Shown: positions 25,876 through 46,409, counted from the stretch's first letter. The stretch is DNA of 64,000 nt from the human T2T-CHM13v2.0 reference genome, Homo sapiens (GCF_009914755.1 NC_060935.1), one strand, 5' to 3'. Numbers and translations: made by a program. The notes: generated by a model not told the origin, from the letters alone.

Positions 25876-26359
25876 GCAAGGGCTTGGACACAGCCCCGAG
25901 GAGACCAAGGACAACACTCCATCACCATGAGAGAAGATTTGCAGCCAACAGCCCCAGAGTAACCAGGAAAAGAACAGAGAACAGTCACTGAAACCCATCC
26001 TCATCATTTGAAAATCATCCATCTCCAACATCCCACAGATTAGAAGAGTTGCTTTATGCATAGGGCAAGGGTTGCCTATGGGAAAAAATTTCCCATTATG
26101 CCTCCAGACCAGTCTGAGTCAAGATCAGTTGACATCAGCTGGACCCTGGCATAGGTCATTACATAAAGTTTCAGGCAGTGATAAACTCATCAGGCAAGGT
26201 CTCTGACCTCATGGTGTTTCCAAGATTTCATGCAGGCAAAGCAGCGTGCCTACATGTTCATTCATCCTCTTGTTCATTCATTTACTTACCAAATAGTGTC
26301 TGAGGACCTACTATGTGCTAGGTAATAGGAAAGAACACCAAGCATGACCCCAGTAGTTC

Positions 26360-27294
26360 TGTTTTTGGTAATATTAAATGCCAGATGCCTGGAATGACTC
26401 TGCTATTGAAAACAGATTTAAAAGTCTAGAAAAAATAATAAAAGATCTTCTTATATGTAAGATAAGCTGGCAAGAAAGTAAATAATGCACAAGGCAAGAA
26501 ATACAGTGAAGGTAGAAACCAGAAAGGTAACAGGAGAAAAGCAGCTGATGTTTTCCCAGAGGACGTTTACTGAACCCTGTGAAACAGAGTTTTGGTATTC
26601 CCAGGATCCTAGCAATCAAAGAAGAGCTAACAAAGCCCAGGATCTTCCCAAGTTGGAAAGTCTGACAAGGGTTTCTCCCAAGGAATAGCTGAGACTTCCA
26701 AGGGGCTGCTCTCAGGTTTGGGACTAAGGAGAAATATCAAGGAACTCTCCTTCATGAGGACTACAAGGAAAGTGGATTGCCTTAAAACTAAGCACTAAGT
26801 GGAAAACGGAAAAAGTACTAAAAATCTGGAACAATCAGCCACTTCTTACACAAGTTTGTAAGCCAGTTTCATACTATCTGGGTTGTTCAAGACCCCACAA
26901 GTCAAGAATTTAATTTGGAGTGGTTGCTACCATGTAGTGCCCCCAGGAGCCCAACAGGAGCAAAAAATAAATACTCTTTGGAAGAAGCCTCTACAATCCT
27001 AGCTCTCACAAATTTCCATAAGCACAAATCAAAGGAAAATGGGCTACTTGCAGTACAAAATTAACCAAAACACACAAGGAAACAAGGCATCATAACAAAG
27101 AAGCAACAGAAACAATTGACCATAGAACAGACTTGCGAAGGACACAGGTATTAGACTTATTGAATAAAATATAAAAGAATTATGTGTATTGCTTTTTAAA
27201 AAATAAAAAATACACTTTAAAATTTGTACAGAGAACAAGAAAAGAAACAGTAAAGAATAACTAAGCAACATTGATAAAGTAAAAGGTAACTTCT
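26360..27294 (+). mobile_element. Old L1M fragment (5'/ORF1 region), left of the L1PA6 insertion
   Basis: A-rich L1M-like sequence that resumes at 33457 after the TSD. Confidence 0.55.
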
Positions 27295-27399
27295 CTGGTC
27301 TGTTCCAATGGCCAAATAGGAAGAGCTCTGGTCTGCAGCCCCCAGCATGATAGACGCAGAAGATGGGTGATTTCTGCATTTCCAACTGATGTACCTGGT

Positions 27400-27732
27400 T
27401 CATCTCACTGGGATTTGTTGGACAGCGGGTGCAGCCCACAGAGGGTGAGCCAAAGCAGAGCAGGGCATCACCTCACCAGGGAAGTGCAAAAAGTCAGGGG
27501 TTTTCCCTTTCCTAGCCAAGGGAAACTGTGACAGACTGTACTGGGAAAATTGGGACACTCTTGTCTTAATACTGCACTTTTCCAACGGTCTTAGCAAACA
27601 GCACACCAGGAGATTATATCCCACGCTTGGCTCAGCGGGTCCCATGCCCACAGAGCCTTGCTCACTGCTAGTGCAGCAGTCCAAGATCGAACTGCCAGGC
27701 AGCAGCATGGCTGGGGGAGGGGCGTCCACCAT
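27400..27732 (-). CDS. LINE-1 ORF0-like antisense ORF (110 aa), expression unproven
   Basis: MVDAPPPAMLLPGSSILDCCTSSEQGSVGMGPAEPSVGY... aligns by eye with L1HS ORF0 (MAGAPPPASLPPCSLISDCCASNQRDSVGVGPSEPGVGY...). True ATG in gcaATGG context. Confidence 0.55.
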   Translation of the reverse strand: MVDAPPPAMLLPGSSILDCCTSSEQGSVGMGPAEPSVGYNLLVCCLLRPLEKCSIKTRVSQFSQYSLSQFPLARKGKTPDFLHFPGEVMPCSALAHPLWAAPAVQQIPVR

Positions 27733-28323
27733 TGCTGACGCTTGAGTAGGAAAACAAAGGGGAAGGGAAGCTTGAACTGGGTCGAGCCCACGTCAGGCCT
27801 GCCTCCCTCTGTAGACTCCATCTCTGGGGGCAGGGCATAGTTCAACAAAAGGCAGCAGAAATTTCTGCAGACTTCAAAGTTCCGGTCTGACAGCTCTGAA
27901 GAGAAGAGTGGTTCTCCCAGCATGGTGTTTGAGCTCTGAGAACAGACAGACTGCCTCCTCAAGTGGGTCCCTGAAGCCTGTGTAGCCTAACTGGGAGATA
28001 TCTCCCAGTAGGGGCCTACTGACACCTCATACAGCCAGGTGCCCCTCTGAGACAAAGCTTCCAGAGGAAGAATCAGGCAGCAATATTTGCTGTTCTGCAA
28101 TATTTGCTGTTCTGCAGCCTCCGCTGGTGATACCCAGGAAACCAGGGTCTGGAGTGGACCTCCAGCAAACTCCAACAGACCTGCAGCTGAGGGACCTGAC
28201 CATTAGAAGGAAAACTAACAAACAGAAAGGCATAGCATCAACATCAACAAAAAGGACATCCACACCAAAACCCCATCTGTAGATCACCGTCATCAAAGAC
28301 CAAAGGTAGATAAAACCACAAAG

Positions 28324-29346
28324 TTGGGGAGAAACCAGAGCAGAAAAGCTGAAAATTCTAAAAACCAGAGCACCTCTTCTCCTGTAAAGAATCGCGGCTC
28401 CTCACCAGCAATGGAACAAAGCTGGATGGAGAATGACTTTGACGAGTTGACAGAAGTAGGCTTCAGAAGATTGGTAATAACAAACTTCTCCGAGCTAAAG
28501 GAGGATGATGGAACCCATCGCAAGGAAGACAAAAACCTTGAAAAAAGATTAGACGAATGACTAACTAGAATAATCAGTGTAGAGAAGACCTTAAATGACC
28601 TGATGGAGCTGAAAACCATAGCATGAGAACTACGTGATGCATGCACAAGCTTCAGTAGCCCATTCAATCAAGTGGAAGAAAGGGTATCCGTGATTGAAGA
28701 TCAAATTAATGAAATGAAGTGAGAAGAGAAGTTTAGAGAAAAAAGAGTAAAAAGACACAAACAAAGCTTCCAAGAAATATGGGACTATGTGAAAAAAACA
28801 AGTCTACGTTTGATTGGTTTACCTGAAAGTGATGGGGAGAATGGAACCAAGTTGGAAAACACTCTTCAGTATATTACCCAGGAGAACTTCCCCAACCTAG
28901 CAAGGCAGGCCAACATTCAAATTCAGGAAATACAGAGACCACGAAGATACTCCTCGAGAAGAGCAACCCCAAGCCACATAATTGTCAGATTCCTCAAGGT
29001 TGAAATGAAGGAAAAAATATTAAGGGCAGCTAGAAAGAAAGGTCAGGTTACCCACAAAGGGAAGCCCATCAGACTAACAGTGGATCTCTCAGCAGAAACT
29101 CTACAAGCCAGAAGAGAGTGGGGGCCAATATTCAACATTCTTAAAGAAAATAATTTTCAACCCAGAATTTCATATCCAGCCAAACTAAGCTTCATAAGTG
29201 AAGGAGAAATAAAATCCTTTACAGACAAGCAAATGCTGAGAGATTTTGTCACCACCAGGCCTGCCTTACAAGAGCTCCTGAAGGAAGCACTAAACATGGA
29301 AAGGAACAACTGGTACCAGCCACTGCAAAAATATGCCAAATTGTAA
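28324..29346 (+). pseudogene. L1 ORF1p remnant
   Basis: Start codon is TTG instead of ATG and there is a stop at 28558-28560. The downstream fragment LRLIGLPESDGENGTKLENTLQ...LKEALNMER is L1 ORF1p. Confidence 0.9.
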
Positions 29347-29409
29347 AGACCATCAATGCTAGGAAGAAACTCCATCAAGTAATGGGCAAAATAACCAGCT
29401 AACATCATA

Positions 29410-33226
<3,817 letters not shown>

Positions 33227-33456
33227 TCAATGAGAACATTTGGACACAGGGCAGGGAACATCACACACTGGGGCCTGTCGTGGGGTGGGGGGATGGGGGA
33301 GGGATAGCATTAGGAGAAATATCTAATGTAAATGATGAATTAATGGGTGCAGCAAACCAACGTGGCACATGTATACATATGTAACAAACCTGCACATTGT
33401 GCACATGTACCCTAGAACTTAAAGTGTAATAAAAAAAAGAAAAAAAGATAACTTCT

Positions 33457-34390
33457 AAGAATGAAAAACGTCATAACTAAAATTAAATACTGGATAGGCA
33501 TACTTAACTACAGACTAGATACGCTAAAGAGAGAACTGGTAAACTGAAAGATAATTACAAGGAAATTATCTAGAATTGAGCAGAAAAAGGCAAAGAAAAA
33601 GAAAAATTAAGTTTTTTTAATGAAGGATAAAGTATGACAGTCTAATACATGTCTAATTAGAATTCCAGGAAAAAAAGTGCAAGAGAATGAAGCAGAGGCA
33701 ATACTTTAAAAACTAATAACTGAGAACTTCAGAACTAATAAAAGACATCAACCCACAGATTCAAAAGGCCAGTGAATACAAACATTACATTAAAAATTTA
33801 TACTTACTCCCATCATGGTAAAACTGCAAATTCCAATGTCAATAACAAGATTTTTAAACCAACCAAAGAGAAAATATTATTTTAGGAAAACTACTAGAAT
33901 AATGGCTTATTCTCATCAGCAGTCATGGAAACCATGAAGAAAATAGAATGGTATTTTCAAAATACTGAAAAAATAAATATCACCCCCAAATTCTACACAC
34001 AGAGAAGATACATTGAAAGAACAAAGGTAAGAAAAAGGCATTTTCAGATATCCAAAAATTGGAAGTTTACCACTACGAAATCTCACTGAAAGTTATACTC
34101 CAGGGTAGAAAAATAAATAAAATAAAAAGAAATCCCAGAAAGAAAGTCTGAGGTGGAAGAATAAATAAAGTGGTATATGGGTAAATCTAATCAAACATTA
34201 ACTGCATCAAATTATTTAAAAAGCAATATATCAAAAGTATATATATTATATGAAAAGTAATATCTTTTTAAATATAGAATTAAAAGGCATGAAAAGGGAC
34301 TTACACTTTTGCTCTCAAAGCTTTAAACTGCTACAGGATTTGCTCTACCACAGTAAACAATTCAAAACAAAAAATTAAGAAAGAAACGTT
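33457..34390 (+). mobile_element. Old L1M ORF1 fragment, continuation after L1PA6
   Basis: gaatgaaaaacgtcataactaaaattaaa...aagacatcaacccacagattcaaaaggcc, typical degenerate L1M ORF1. Confidence 0.7.
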
Positions 34391-36974
<2,584 letters not shown>

Positions 36975-37589
36975 CTAGGACTGTGATCTCTGAAGGAAGA
37001 GAAACAAATGGTATGAGCCTTATGAATGTCCTGGCTAACTTTTCAAACTGCATTTCAGGGAGGGGCAATGCAAACAGAGCCCAGTGGTCTCATTGAGTTG
37101 AATAGACAATATCAAAGTTTAGGGAAAACAACATGAGTAAAATTTGTGAGGCAAATTATCAGAGAAGAGGGGGATGTACAGAGAGATATACAGAGAGCTT
37201 CAGAGGGGTCCCATTGAGTCTTTAGATGAATATAGATCTATATATGCATGGGGTAAAATTCCACAAGGTCAGAAAGAATCACTGGAAAGCAATAGGCTAA
37301 ACAATTTCAGGAGCCCACAGAGAAAGGGCAATAGCTTATGTTCCCACCATCCAGAATGGCAACACCTCATAATACACAGGACATTAAATAGAGTTCTTAG
37401 AAGGTTCACAATTTAGTAGTAGCAGTAAATTAGCTCTTCTTTTGACCCATCACAACAAATCTTAAGATTAGTCTTTGAATGGATCTGAAGAATCCCACAT
37501 AACTTAACTCTGTGATAGAATGAAGTCTAACACTCTATTTAAAAAAAATAACAAAATCCAGCATTCAACAGCAGAGAAGCATAATATCC

Positions 37590-38386
37590 ATATGTCACTT
37601 TATTGTCTCTTAACTCTAAATGCAAGCTTTGTGATACTGGGGCTGGACTCTGTAAACATATCTCCTTTGCCACTTGGTACTATGTTAGATTTTATCTTCA
37701 AAGGGTGCATGGGTTGGGAAAGGTGTCGCTGCATGGCTATTGCCCAGGAAGAATCTTCTCTTCCCGTATTCTGGTGTGTTTTATCTCCACAGCTATGAGT
37801 GGTGTTTAGGAGACCTAATGACACTCATTCTCCAACAAGTTCTCCAGAAACCCAACCAGAGTGTGGAGCAGCTGATGATAAAGCCTCCCCTTTATCCCCT
37901 TTAAAACCACTTTCGGAAGACCAGCACTGGCCCACTGGCACCCCAGTTTATTGGCCTCTTGACAAGCAGGTTCTATAGACCAGCTATGGCCCACCTGCAT
38001 CCTCCAATGAATTTTTCAGCCATCCAGTGAACTGCTGATATGAAAAGCTTTGGCCTATGTCTTCTGGCAAGTTTCTTTTCCAATGGCAGGCTGAGGGTTC
38101 TCATGGCAGCCATGCCATCTCCAACAAGGTCTGAATCTAAGCCCTAGAGGAGGGGATATGAGGAGGGATGCCTCTTCCAAGTTTTTAATTCCTTCTTGAT
38201 ATTCTCTCTCCTCAGCCTTGCAGAAAGTAGGGCTTCCTACATTTGTTATTCCTATATTCCTCAGAGTACTTTTACCTTTTTCATAGTAACTAATCACATT
38301 TTCTAGCTAATAGTTCTTTATATTAAATTGTCCCTATTCAAATTACTAATGTGGTTTCTTTCTTTGCCTCTCCCTTAACTGATACA
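37590..38386 (+). mobile_element. LTR41-like ERVL LTR inside L1M
   Basis: gctttgtgatactggggctggactctgtaaacatatctcctttgcc...tatattaaattgtccctattcaaattact...actgataca. Confidence 0.62.
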
Positions 38387-38892
38387 TCTAGCATCCAATC
38401 AAAAATTACCAGGCATGGAGAAAAAAGTAGTTATATATGACTCATAACCAGCAGGAAAAAAACTAATTAATAAAAACCAGAAATTACAGAGCTGATAGAA
38501 TTAGTCGTCAAAGACTTCAAAACATTATAAATACTCAAAGATGTAAAGGAAAACATGAACACAATGAGGATAAAATGGAAGATATAAAACACAAAAAGAC
38601 CCAAAGACCATACAGAGATGAAAAATACAAACTAAAATGAAAAGTACACTGAGTGGGATTAACAACAGATTAGACATTACAGAAGAAAAGATCAGTCAAC
38701 TTAAAAACAAAGCATTAGACACTATCCAAATTTAGCACAAAGAGGAAAAAGAATGGAAAAAATGAACAGAGCCTCAGTCTCCTGTGGAACAATGTCATGG
38801 TACCTAACATAGGTAATTAGAGTCTCAGCCAGGGGATGGGGGTAGGGACAGAAAAACATATTTGAAGAAAAAATGGCTAAAACTTTTCTAAA

Positions 38893-39203
38893 TTATTTTT
38901 TATTTTATTTTATTGCTGTTTTTTTTCTGAGACAGAGGCTCGCTGTGTAGTGCAGTAGCCCTATCCCAGCTCACCGCAAACTCCACCTCCCAGGTTCAAG
39001 CGATTATCCTGTCTCAATCTCATGAGTAGCTGGAACTACAGGTGCATGCCACCATACCTAGCTTTTTTTGTGTGTGTATTTTTAGTAGAGACGGGGTTTC
39101 ATCATGTGGGCCAGGCTGGTCTTGAAATCTTAACCTCAAGTGATCTGCCCACCTCAGCCTCCCAAAGTGCTAAGATGACGGGCAAGAGCCACCATGCCCA
39201 GCC
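38893..39203 (-). mobile_element. AluS
   Basis: Reverse Alu; TSD aacttttcta at 38881 and 39204. Confidence 0.88.
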
Positions 39204-39321
39204 AACTTTTCTACAGTTGAAGAAAACTATAAATTCACAAATACAAAAAGCTCAACAAACCCCAAACAGGATAAAAATAAAGGAAAAACACACCAAGGCA
39301 CATGATAATTAAAACTGCTGA

Positions 39322-39647
<326 letters not shown>

Positions 39648-40397
39648 GCAGAGAAAATCTCAGGAGCAGCCAGTGAAAACATATATAATGTGTAGATAAA
39701 AAAACAAGATGAGAATTATGATAGATACCTCATCAAAAACAATACAAGTCAGAAGACACTGAAGCAAAAAATCTTTAAGGCACTGAAAGAAAAACTATCA
39801 ACTTGAAATTCTAAATCCAGGGAAAATATCTTCTTAAAATTGAAGGCAAATACAAAGATTTTCAGACAAAACCTGGGAGACTTTATTATCAGCCACCCCA
39901 CACTCCAAGAAATATTAAATAAAGTTCTTCAGGCAGAAGGAAAGTGATACCAGGTGGAAATTTGGATCCACACAAAGGAATGAAGAGCACTCAACAATAA
40001 AAAGAAACAGATCACTGAAACATTCAACACCATGAATCTCAAGAGCCATCCTAAGTGAAAGAAGCCAGACACAAAAGACTACATAGTGTATGATTGCATT
40101 TATACAAAATTTTAGAAAAGGTAAAACTAAAGTGACAGAAAGCAGTTCAATGGTTGCCAAGGGCTGGGAATGGGGAAAGGAAACGGCACGAGGGAATTAT
40201 TTGGCTTGATACAGATATTTTATCTTTTTAGTGTGGCAGTGATTACATAACTATACATTTGTGAAAAACTCATCAAACAGTATACTTCAAATTAATTAAT
40301 TTTATTGTGTGCAGATGATGTCCCCCCAAAATTGATTATTTTGGAAAAAATAAAATAAAAGACCACATATAATGCATTTGTTTTAAAAATTCATCAC

Positions 40398-40522
40398 AGC
40401 TGGTCACAATGGCTTGTGCCTATAATCCCAGCTACTTAGGAAGCTGAGGCAGGAGGACTGCTTGAGGCTAGGAGTTCAAGATCAGCCTGGGCAATACAGC
40501 AAGACCTCGTCTCTTTAAAAAA
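40398..40522 (+). mobile_element. FLAM / Alu monomer
   Basis: Single monomer; TSD-like aaaattcatcac / aaaatgcatcac. Confidence 0.75.
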
Positions 40523-40567
40523 TCAAAATGCATCACAACAACATAGAAGTTTAAAAGAAGGAACAGT

Positions 40568-40879
40568 GGCCGGGTGTGGTGGCTCACGCCTGTAATCCCA
40601 GCACTTTGGGAGGCCAAGGCCCGTGGCTCACGACCCACTCACGAGGTCAGGAGATCGAGACCATCCTGGCTAACACAGTGAAACCCCGTCTGTACTAAAC
40701 ATGCAAAAAATTAGCCGGGTGTGGTGGCGGGTGCCTGTAGTCCCAGCTACTCGTGAGGCTGAGGCAGGAGAATAGCTTGAACCCAGGAGGCGGAGGTTTG
40801 CAGTGAGCCAAGATCGTGCCACCGCACTCCAGCCTGGGCAACAGAACGAGACTCCATCTCAAAAAAAAAAAAAAAAAAA
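40568..40879 (+). mobile_element. AluY/AluSc8-like
   Basis: ggagatcgagaccatcctggctaacac diagnostics, many CpGs retained, A tail. Confidence 0.9.
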
Positions 40880-42519
40880 GAAGGGAATGTAATTAAAGTG
40901 TTTTAAGGTATTAAGTGTGTTTCCCAATAAAAGGATAAAGATATTGATTAACTTTACACTCGGATAAACTGAGAAAGGAATCTGCAGTTTCTAAGGTTGC
41001 CTACTAAAGGAATAGAAACAGATATATAATATTCTAATTAGTGGAGGGAAGAAAATATAATAAGAAATACTGAATGAAAATGAGAGATGAAAAAGCATAC
41101 AATGGATGAGAAAAGTAGGACGCAAAAATGAGATGGCAGATATAAATGCAAATACATTAGTAATTGCAAGACATGTGTAAACTGAAAGAATAAGAAACCA
41201 CACAAATAAGAAACCAAAGGAGGCTGGTGTTGCTATACTGACATTAGACAAAATAGATTTTGAGGCAAACACATACTATGGTCAGCAGGAACACTTTATA
41301 ATGATAAAAGGTTCTGTTCACAAGAAATATACAATAACTTTAGATTTGCATGCACCTAAAATTACAGCCTCAACATGATACAGCAAAACATGGCAGGGAT
41401 ACATGGAGAAATAAATAAATCCACAGTCATGGTATGAAATCTTTAACACATTTTCTCAGTAATCAAAGGAATAAACAGATTTTTTAAGACAGGAGAGACA
41501 GATATTCAGTCAATTTGTTAAACTTTACTGGATGGACATGAGTAGTCCTCTATATCCAATGGCTACAGAAGACACTTTCTTTTCAATCATTGTCCCCCAG
41601 CTTTAGCTGGGACATTGAGGCTCTAGGAAGATTACTGCTTGGTGCAGCAAGATGCAGTGAAACAAGATCTCAATTTGAGTCTCCTCTCACCTGAATCACT
41701 GATTTTCCACTTTTTCTGGATAGCTCTAAATGTCTCCTGCAACCCTTAGTGCAAATGTTCCTGTCCCCAAAGCCACACCCAGCATCTCAAAGCCAGCCCA
41801 AAGCCAGCATGACATTGCTGAAGGCTGAGGTGTTATAAGGAAGGAAGAAGGCAGGAAGCAATGCAGGACAAAGGCATTGTTGCCCACAGCCCAGCTGCTA
41901 GGGTTTGCCCGAGGAGGATGTCCACAGACTTTCGGTGTGGTTGGCTGGCTGTTCCCAGACCCAGTCAAGGAAGCTGGAAGATCCAAGCTTAAGACAGCTC
42001 TAGAATCTCCATCACTGCATACCTTAGACAGTGGGCTCCCTGGGCCTTAGGAGGAAAACATTCTGAATTCCCCATGCTAAAAACAGTCCTTTGTGGATGG
42101 AAAAGGAGCACCACAAATACAGATGCCTCAAAGAGGCAGAAAGGCCAAGTTCATTCGACTTAGTGGTGATAGCTGGCAGCTGGCTTGGGCTACCCCAGGA
42201 GGCCATTTTTCCAGGAAGCTAGATGATCTTGGGAATGTGGTCAGAAAATGGCAAGTTAACTCAGCCAACTTCTCCCTGAGGGTTGCTGATCCAACAGTGC
42301 CTGGAACCTGCAGGAATCTTCCTGTAGGTGGGCCAGCTTATCCCTACGCTTAGTGGTCATTCTGTGGGCATTTCTGGCTGTCCCTCACTTCTCTTCCCTA
42401 GTTAGCTGTTGGCTCTAGGCCTTGACTAATAAGGAGGTGACACTGTCTGCTGTGCATTTTATTCAGGTGTAACTCTGGGCATTGGTAGCCGTTCAAATTA
42501 GGAGAGCTCACTAAAAAAT

Positions 42520-42790
42520 GCATTCATTCAACAAACATTCATTAAGTTGCTATCAAATTCCTGGCATCTTGCTAGGCACTGTGGATAAAATGATGATGAT
42601 AATGATGATGATGATTGCTAGCATTTATTGAGCACTCACTATGTGCCAAGCACCATTCTATGCATGTAAATGCATTACTTTACTCAGTCTTCATAGTAGC
42701 CCTCTGAGGCAGGCTCAGAAAGCTTAAGTGCTGCGCCCAACATCACACAGCGAGTGGCAGAGATGAAACTGGAATCAGAATCACGCTTTA
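42520..42790 (-). mobile_element. L2 tail plus MIR
   Basis: cattcattcaacaaacattcattaag; catttattgagcactcactatgtgccaagcac. Confidence 0.65.
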
Positions 42791-44361
42791 CATCACAGAG
42801 TTTCCCAAGATGAATAAGACCCCATTCAATCAGAAGTCATCAGCAGGTGGCATCTCCAAGGAGCAGAAGACGCAACTACAGGCAGGCAGGGTAGGTAGAT
42901 GTTTCTAGGGAGTGCTTCAAAGCTCTGTGACGCTTGGGGATTGTCCCATGTGTCCCCTGCTCAGGAAGACTGTAGGCTCCCAGGCCAGCCAGATCTCTAA
43001 CATGGGCATTAGTCTCCTGGCTGCACCACACACAGACACAAAGCCCACCCTGCTGATGACTGCAGCTCGACTCCCTGGTGAGCCCAAACCCTGGCTACTT
43101 GCCCATGAGGACTTGATTCCAACCTGCTTTCCAGTGCTCAGGAGGCAGAAGCGTGTGTTTTGGTGTGTGAAGGTGCTTCCCCAACATCTTTTCCTTCCCC
43201 AGAAGTAAAGACATTCCCGCAGGGAGAAATCCTTACCCAGCAAGTGCTTTTCCTGGGAACAGGATGATTCAGGAAGGGCAGGTTTGTTCCTGCACAATAC
43301 CCTCTAGGATGATAGGAAGTGGGGCCCAGTGAGTGCCCCAGAATCCCAGGGAAGTGTGGCTAGGAGGCCAGTGTTTGTTGCTGGCAAGGAGAGGAACAAG
43401 GGTGAGCAGGTGGGAACACACAAACAGAGGAAGTCCGTGATGAAAAGAAATAACAGGACACAACCCCAGACCCATGGGGTGAAAGGGGCCCTGAGTCTGG
43501 AGACAAGAGCAGGAAGTTACTCCTTAGGATCTAAGTCATCAAGACATGAAACACAGAGGCGGTGGGGGCAAAGCCTGTCCTGCCGACATGGGGCTCTGAC
43601 CACCATTTCCTGGCGAGAAAGAGGTGCCTTGGCATCAGCAGGGACAGTCACTGTGGAGGTGTGACTAACAGGAGGGGGAAGTGTGCTTCGTAAACTGTCA
43701 AATTCTATACACATGTTTGTTGGCTGTTATTCTCCTTCAGAGTGTTAGCCTTGGAAACTGTAACAAGCAGCAAGGCAGGTGATGGCATCGTGACAAAGAA
43801 ACAGGAGAGCCAATGCTGGTCTGTAGAGTTAGAGTTGCTGGCTGTGGGGGAAGGATGTGGACTCTTGGAACAAAACTGAGCTCAGCCTCCTCTAAATTGT
43901 GTGAAACAGCCTGTGAGGGCATGTGCTGCTGCAGGTCTCATTCAGATTCCTTGGAGGCGTTACCCACTCCCAAGTGAAGGCCTTGGACAAGACAGCTCTT
44001 TTATCAAAGGGGGAACACCTGTTTTATTTATTCTTTTATCCATTCAATCGCTGTTTACTGGACACCTATTTTGTGCTAGGTCCTGTAATAAAAAGTATGA
44101 TTACAACTGTAGTAAACACTATAAAAGAGATATACAAGGTGCCATAAGGGTCTATAATCCAGACATGTAAGGTATATAGTCTGCTATATAAGGGCCTATC
44201 ATCGGGATAATTGAACTAGTCTTGTAAAACCAAGGAAGTGTTGATAATGAAGCTGAAATCCAAAGAGTAGGGAGATATCAACTGGGTAAAGAGGAGACCA
44301 GGAACAACCCAGGTATAAGGAACAGTCTATGCAAAGACCTGCAATGGGATAGAGAAAGATG

Positions 44362-45145
<784 letters not shown>

Positions 45146-45198
45146 TGTGTTCATGAAATCACCAGAAAGCAGGAAGGCTGGAGAGTGAAGAGTGGAGG

Positions 45199-45244
45199 GA
45201 ACCGTGGTACTGGATGAACCGTGGTACTGGATGAACCGTGGTAC
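45199..45244. repeat. 17-bp perfect tandem repeat, 2.7 copies
   Basis: gaaccgtggtactggat x2 + gaaccgtggtac. Confidence 0.92.
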
Positions 45245-45833
45245 AGGGGCTAGAATGTGCAGGCTTCAAACAGTGCTGGGAGAGTCTGGTCATTATCCTG
45301 AAAGCAGGCAAGCTCTCTGGTTCCTGAATTTGTCCTGTGGGTGTGGTCATAAAAACTAAATCCCTTGAAGGCTGAACTGCCCTTGGTGAACTGGCAAGCT
45401 TTCCAGGCCTGAGGAGCGGAGGGCGGGATCTGGTACACGGTCTGGCCCCACACACCCCTGCCCGAAGCCTGTGCAGCTATCAATGCCCCAGGCCTTCCCC
45501 ACTCTGTGCCTTTTCACCACTTCTCCCTCAGCTTCTCCACAGGGCCAGCTCCTACATCCCCAGGAATCAATTCAGGCACCACCTCCTTAGGGAAGACTTC
45601 CCTGATTTCTCTAAGCGGGAAGACAGGTAGAATGAGACCATAAGGCCTAGAAAACCAACATGTGTCTCATTACAGTGGCCTTGTGTTTTCCAGGACCAAG
45701 TTGGTATGGGGCCCAGCCCTGCCCTCGTGGGCAGAACACTTCACCCAGGCTCTCCCCATCTTTTTGCCTGTTTGCCTTCCACTAGACTGTGTTTCTTGAA
45801 GGAATGCCCATAATTCCAGTGCCTGCACATACT

Positions 45834-45866
45834 TGAATGAATGAATGAATGAATGAATGAATGAAT
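45834..45866. repeat. (TGAA)n, L2 tail-derived
   Basis: Directly visible at the end of a decayed L2. Confidence 0.85.
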
Positions 45867-46409
45867 CCATCACTAGACAGGGCTTTCCTCTGAAAGCTCC
45901 AGCCAGCTTTATTAAAGTCTTCTGTTACGGCAGTTGAGGGGAGAGTTTCTCTCCAGCAAGGCCAAGATCTCCAGTGTCTCCCACTTCCAACCTGAAGCCA
46001 CCTACCCAGAGGAAAGAAGTCTCTGGCTCAGGGACAATCCACCACAGAGCAGTCAGAGGTGAAGACAATTGTCCCAGCATCACTTACTATAAGAGGGGAA
46101 GGGTCAGCCAGCTGTGGCCATTGGAGCAGGCTTTCCCTGGGTATTGGAACAGCCAGCCAGGGGCACTGAGTGAGGCCTATCTGGGCACTGATGCCATGAA
46201 GCCAACTGATGAGTCAACTTCCTCATCGCACCCTGGAGAAGCAGCTCCTGTGGATCACAGGCTGAGAAGAGCCCCAGGACCTGGCCACCAGTCCTGACAG
46301 AGGCTTTTCCAAGTCAGCTTCCTGGTCTTAAAGAATGACAGTGTAAATTAGCCTGCCTGTCTTGTGCAGAAGAGAAACTGAATCTCAGGGAGATCAGCTT
46401 TGGACTCAT

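Noticed and set aside
37685-37715. CTCF site normally carried by LTR41
   Set aside because: The motif is degraded here (tcttcaaagggtgcat).
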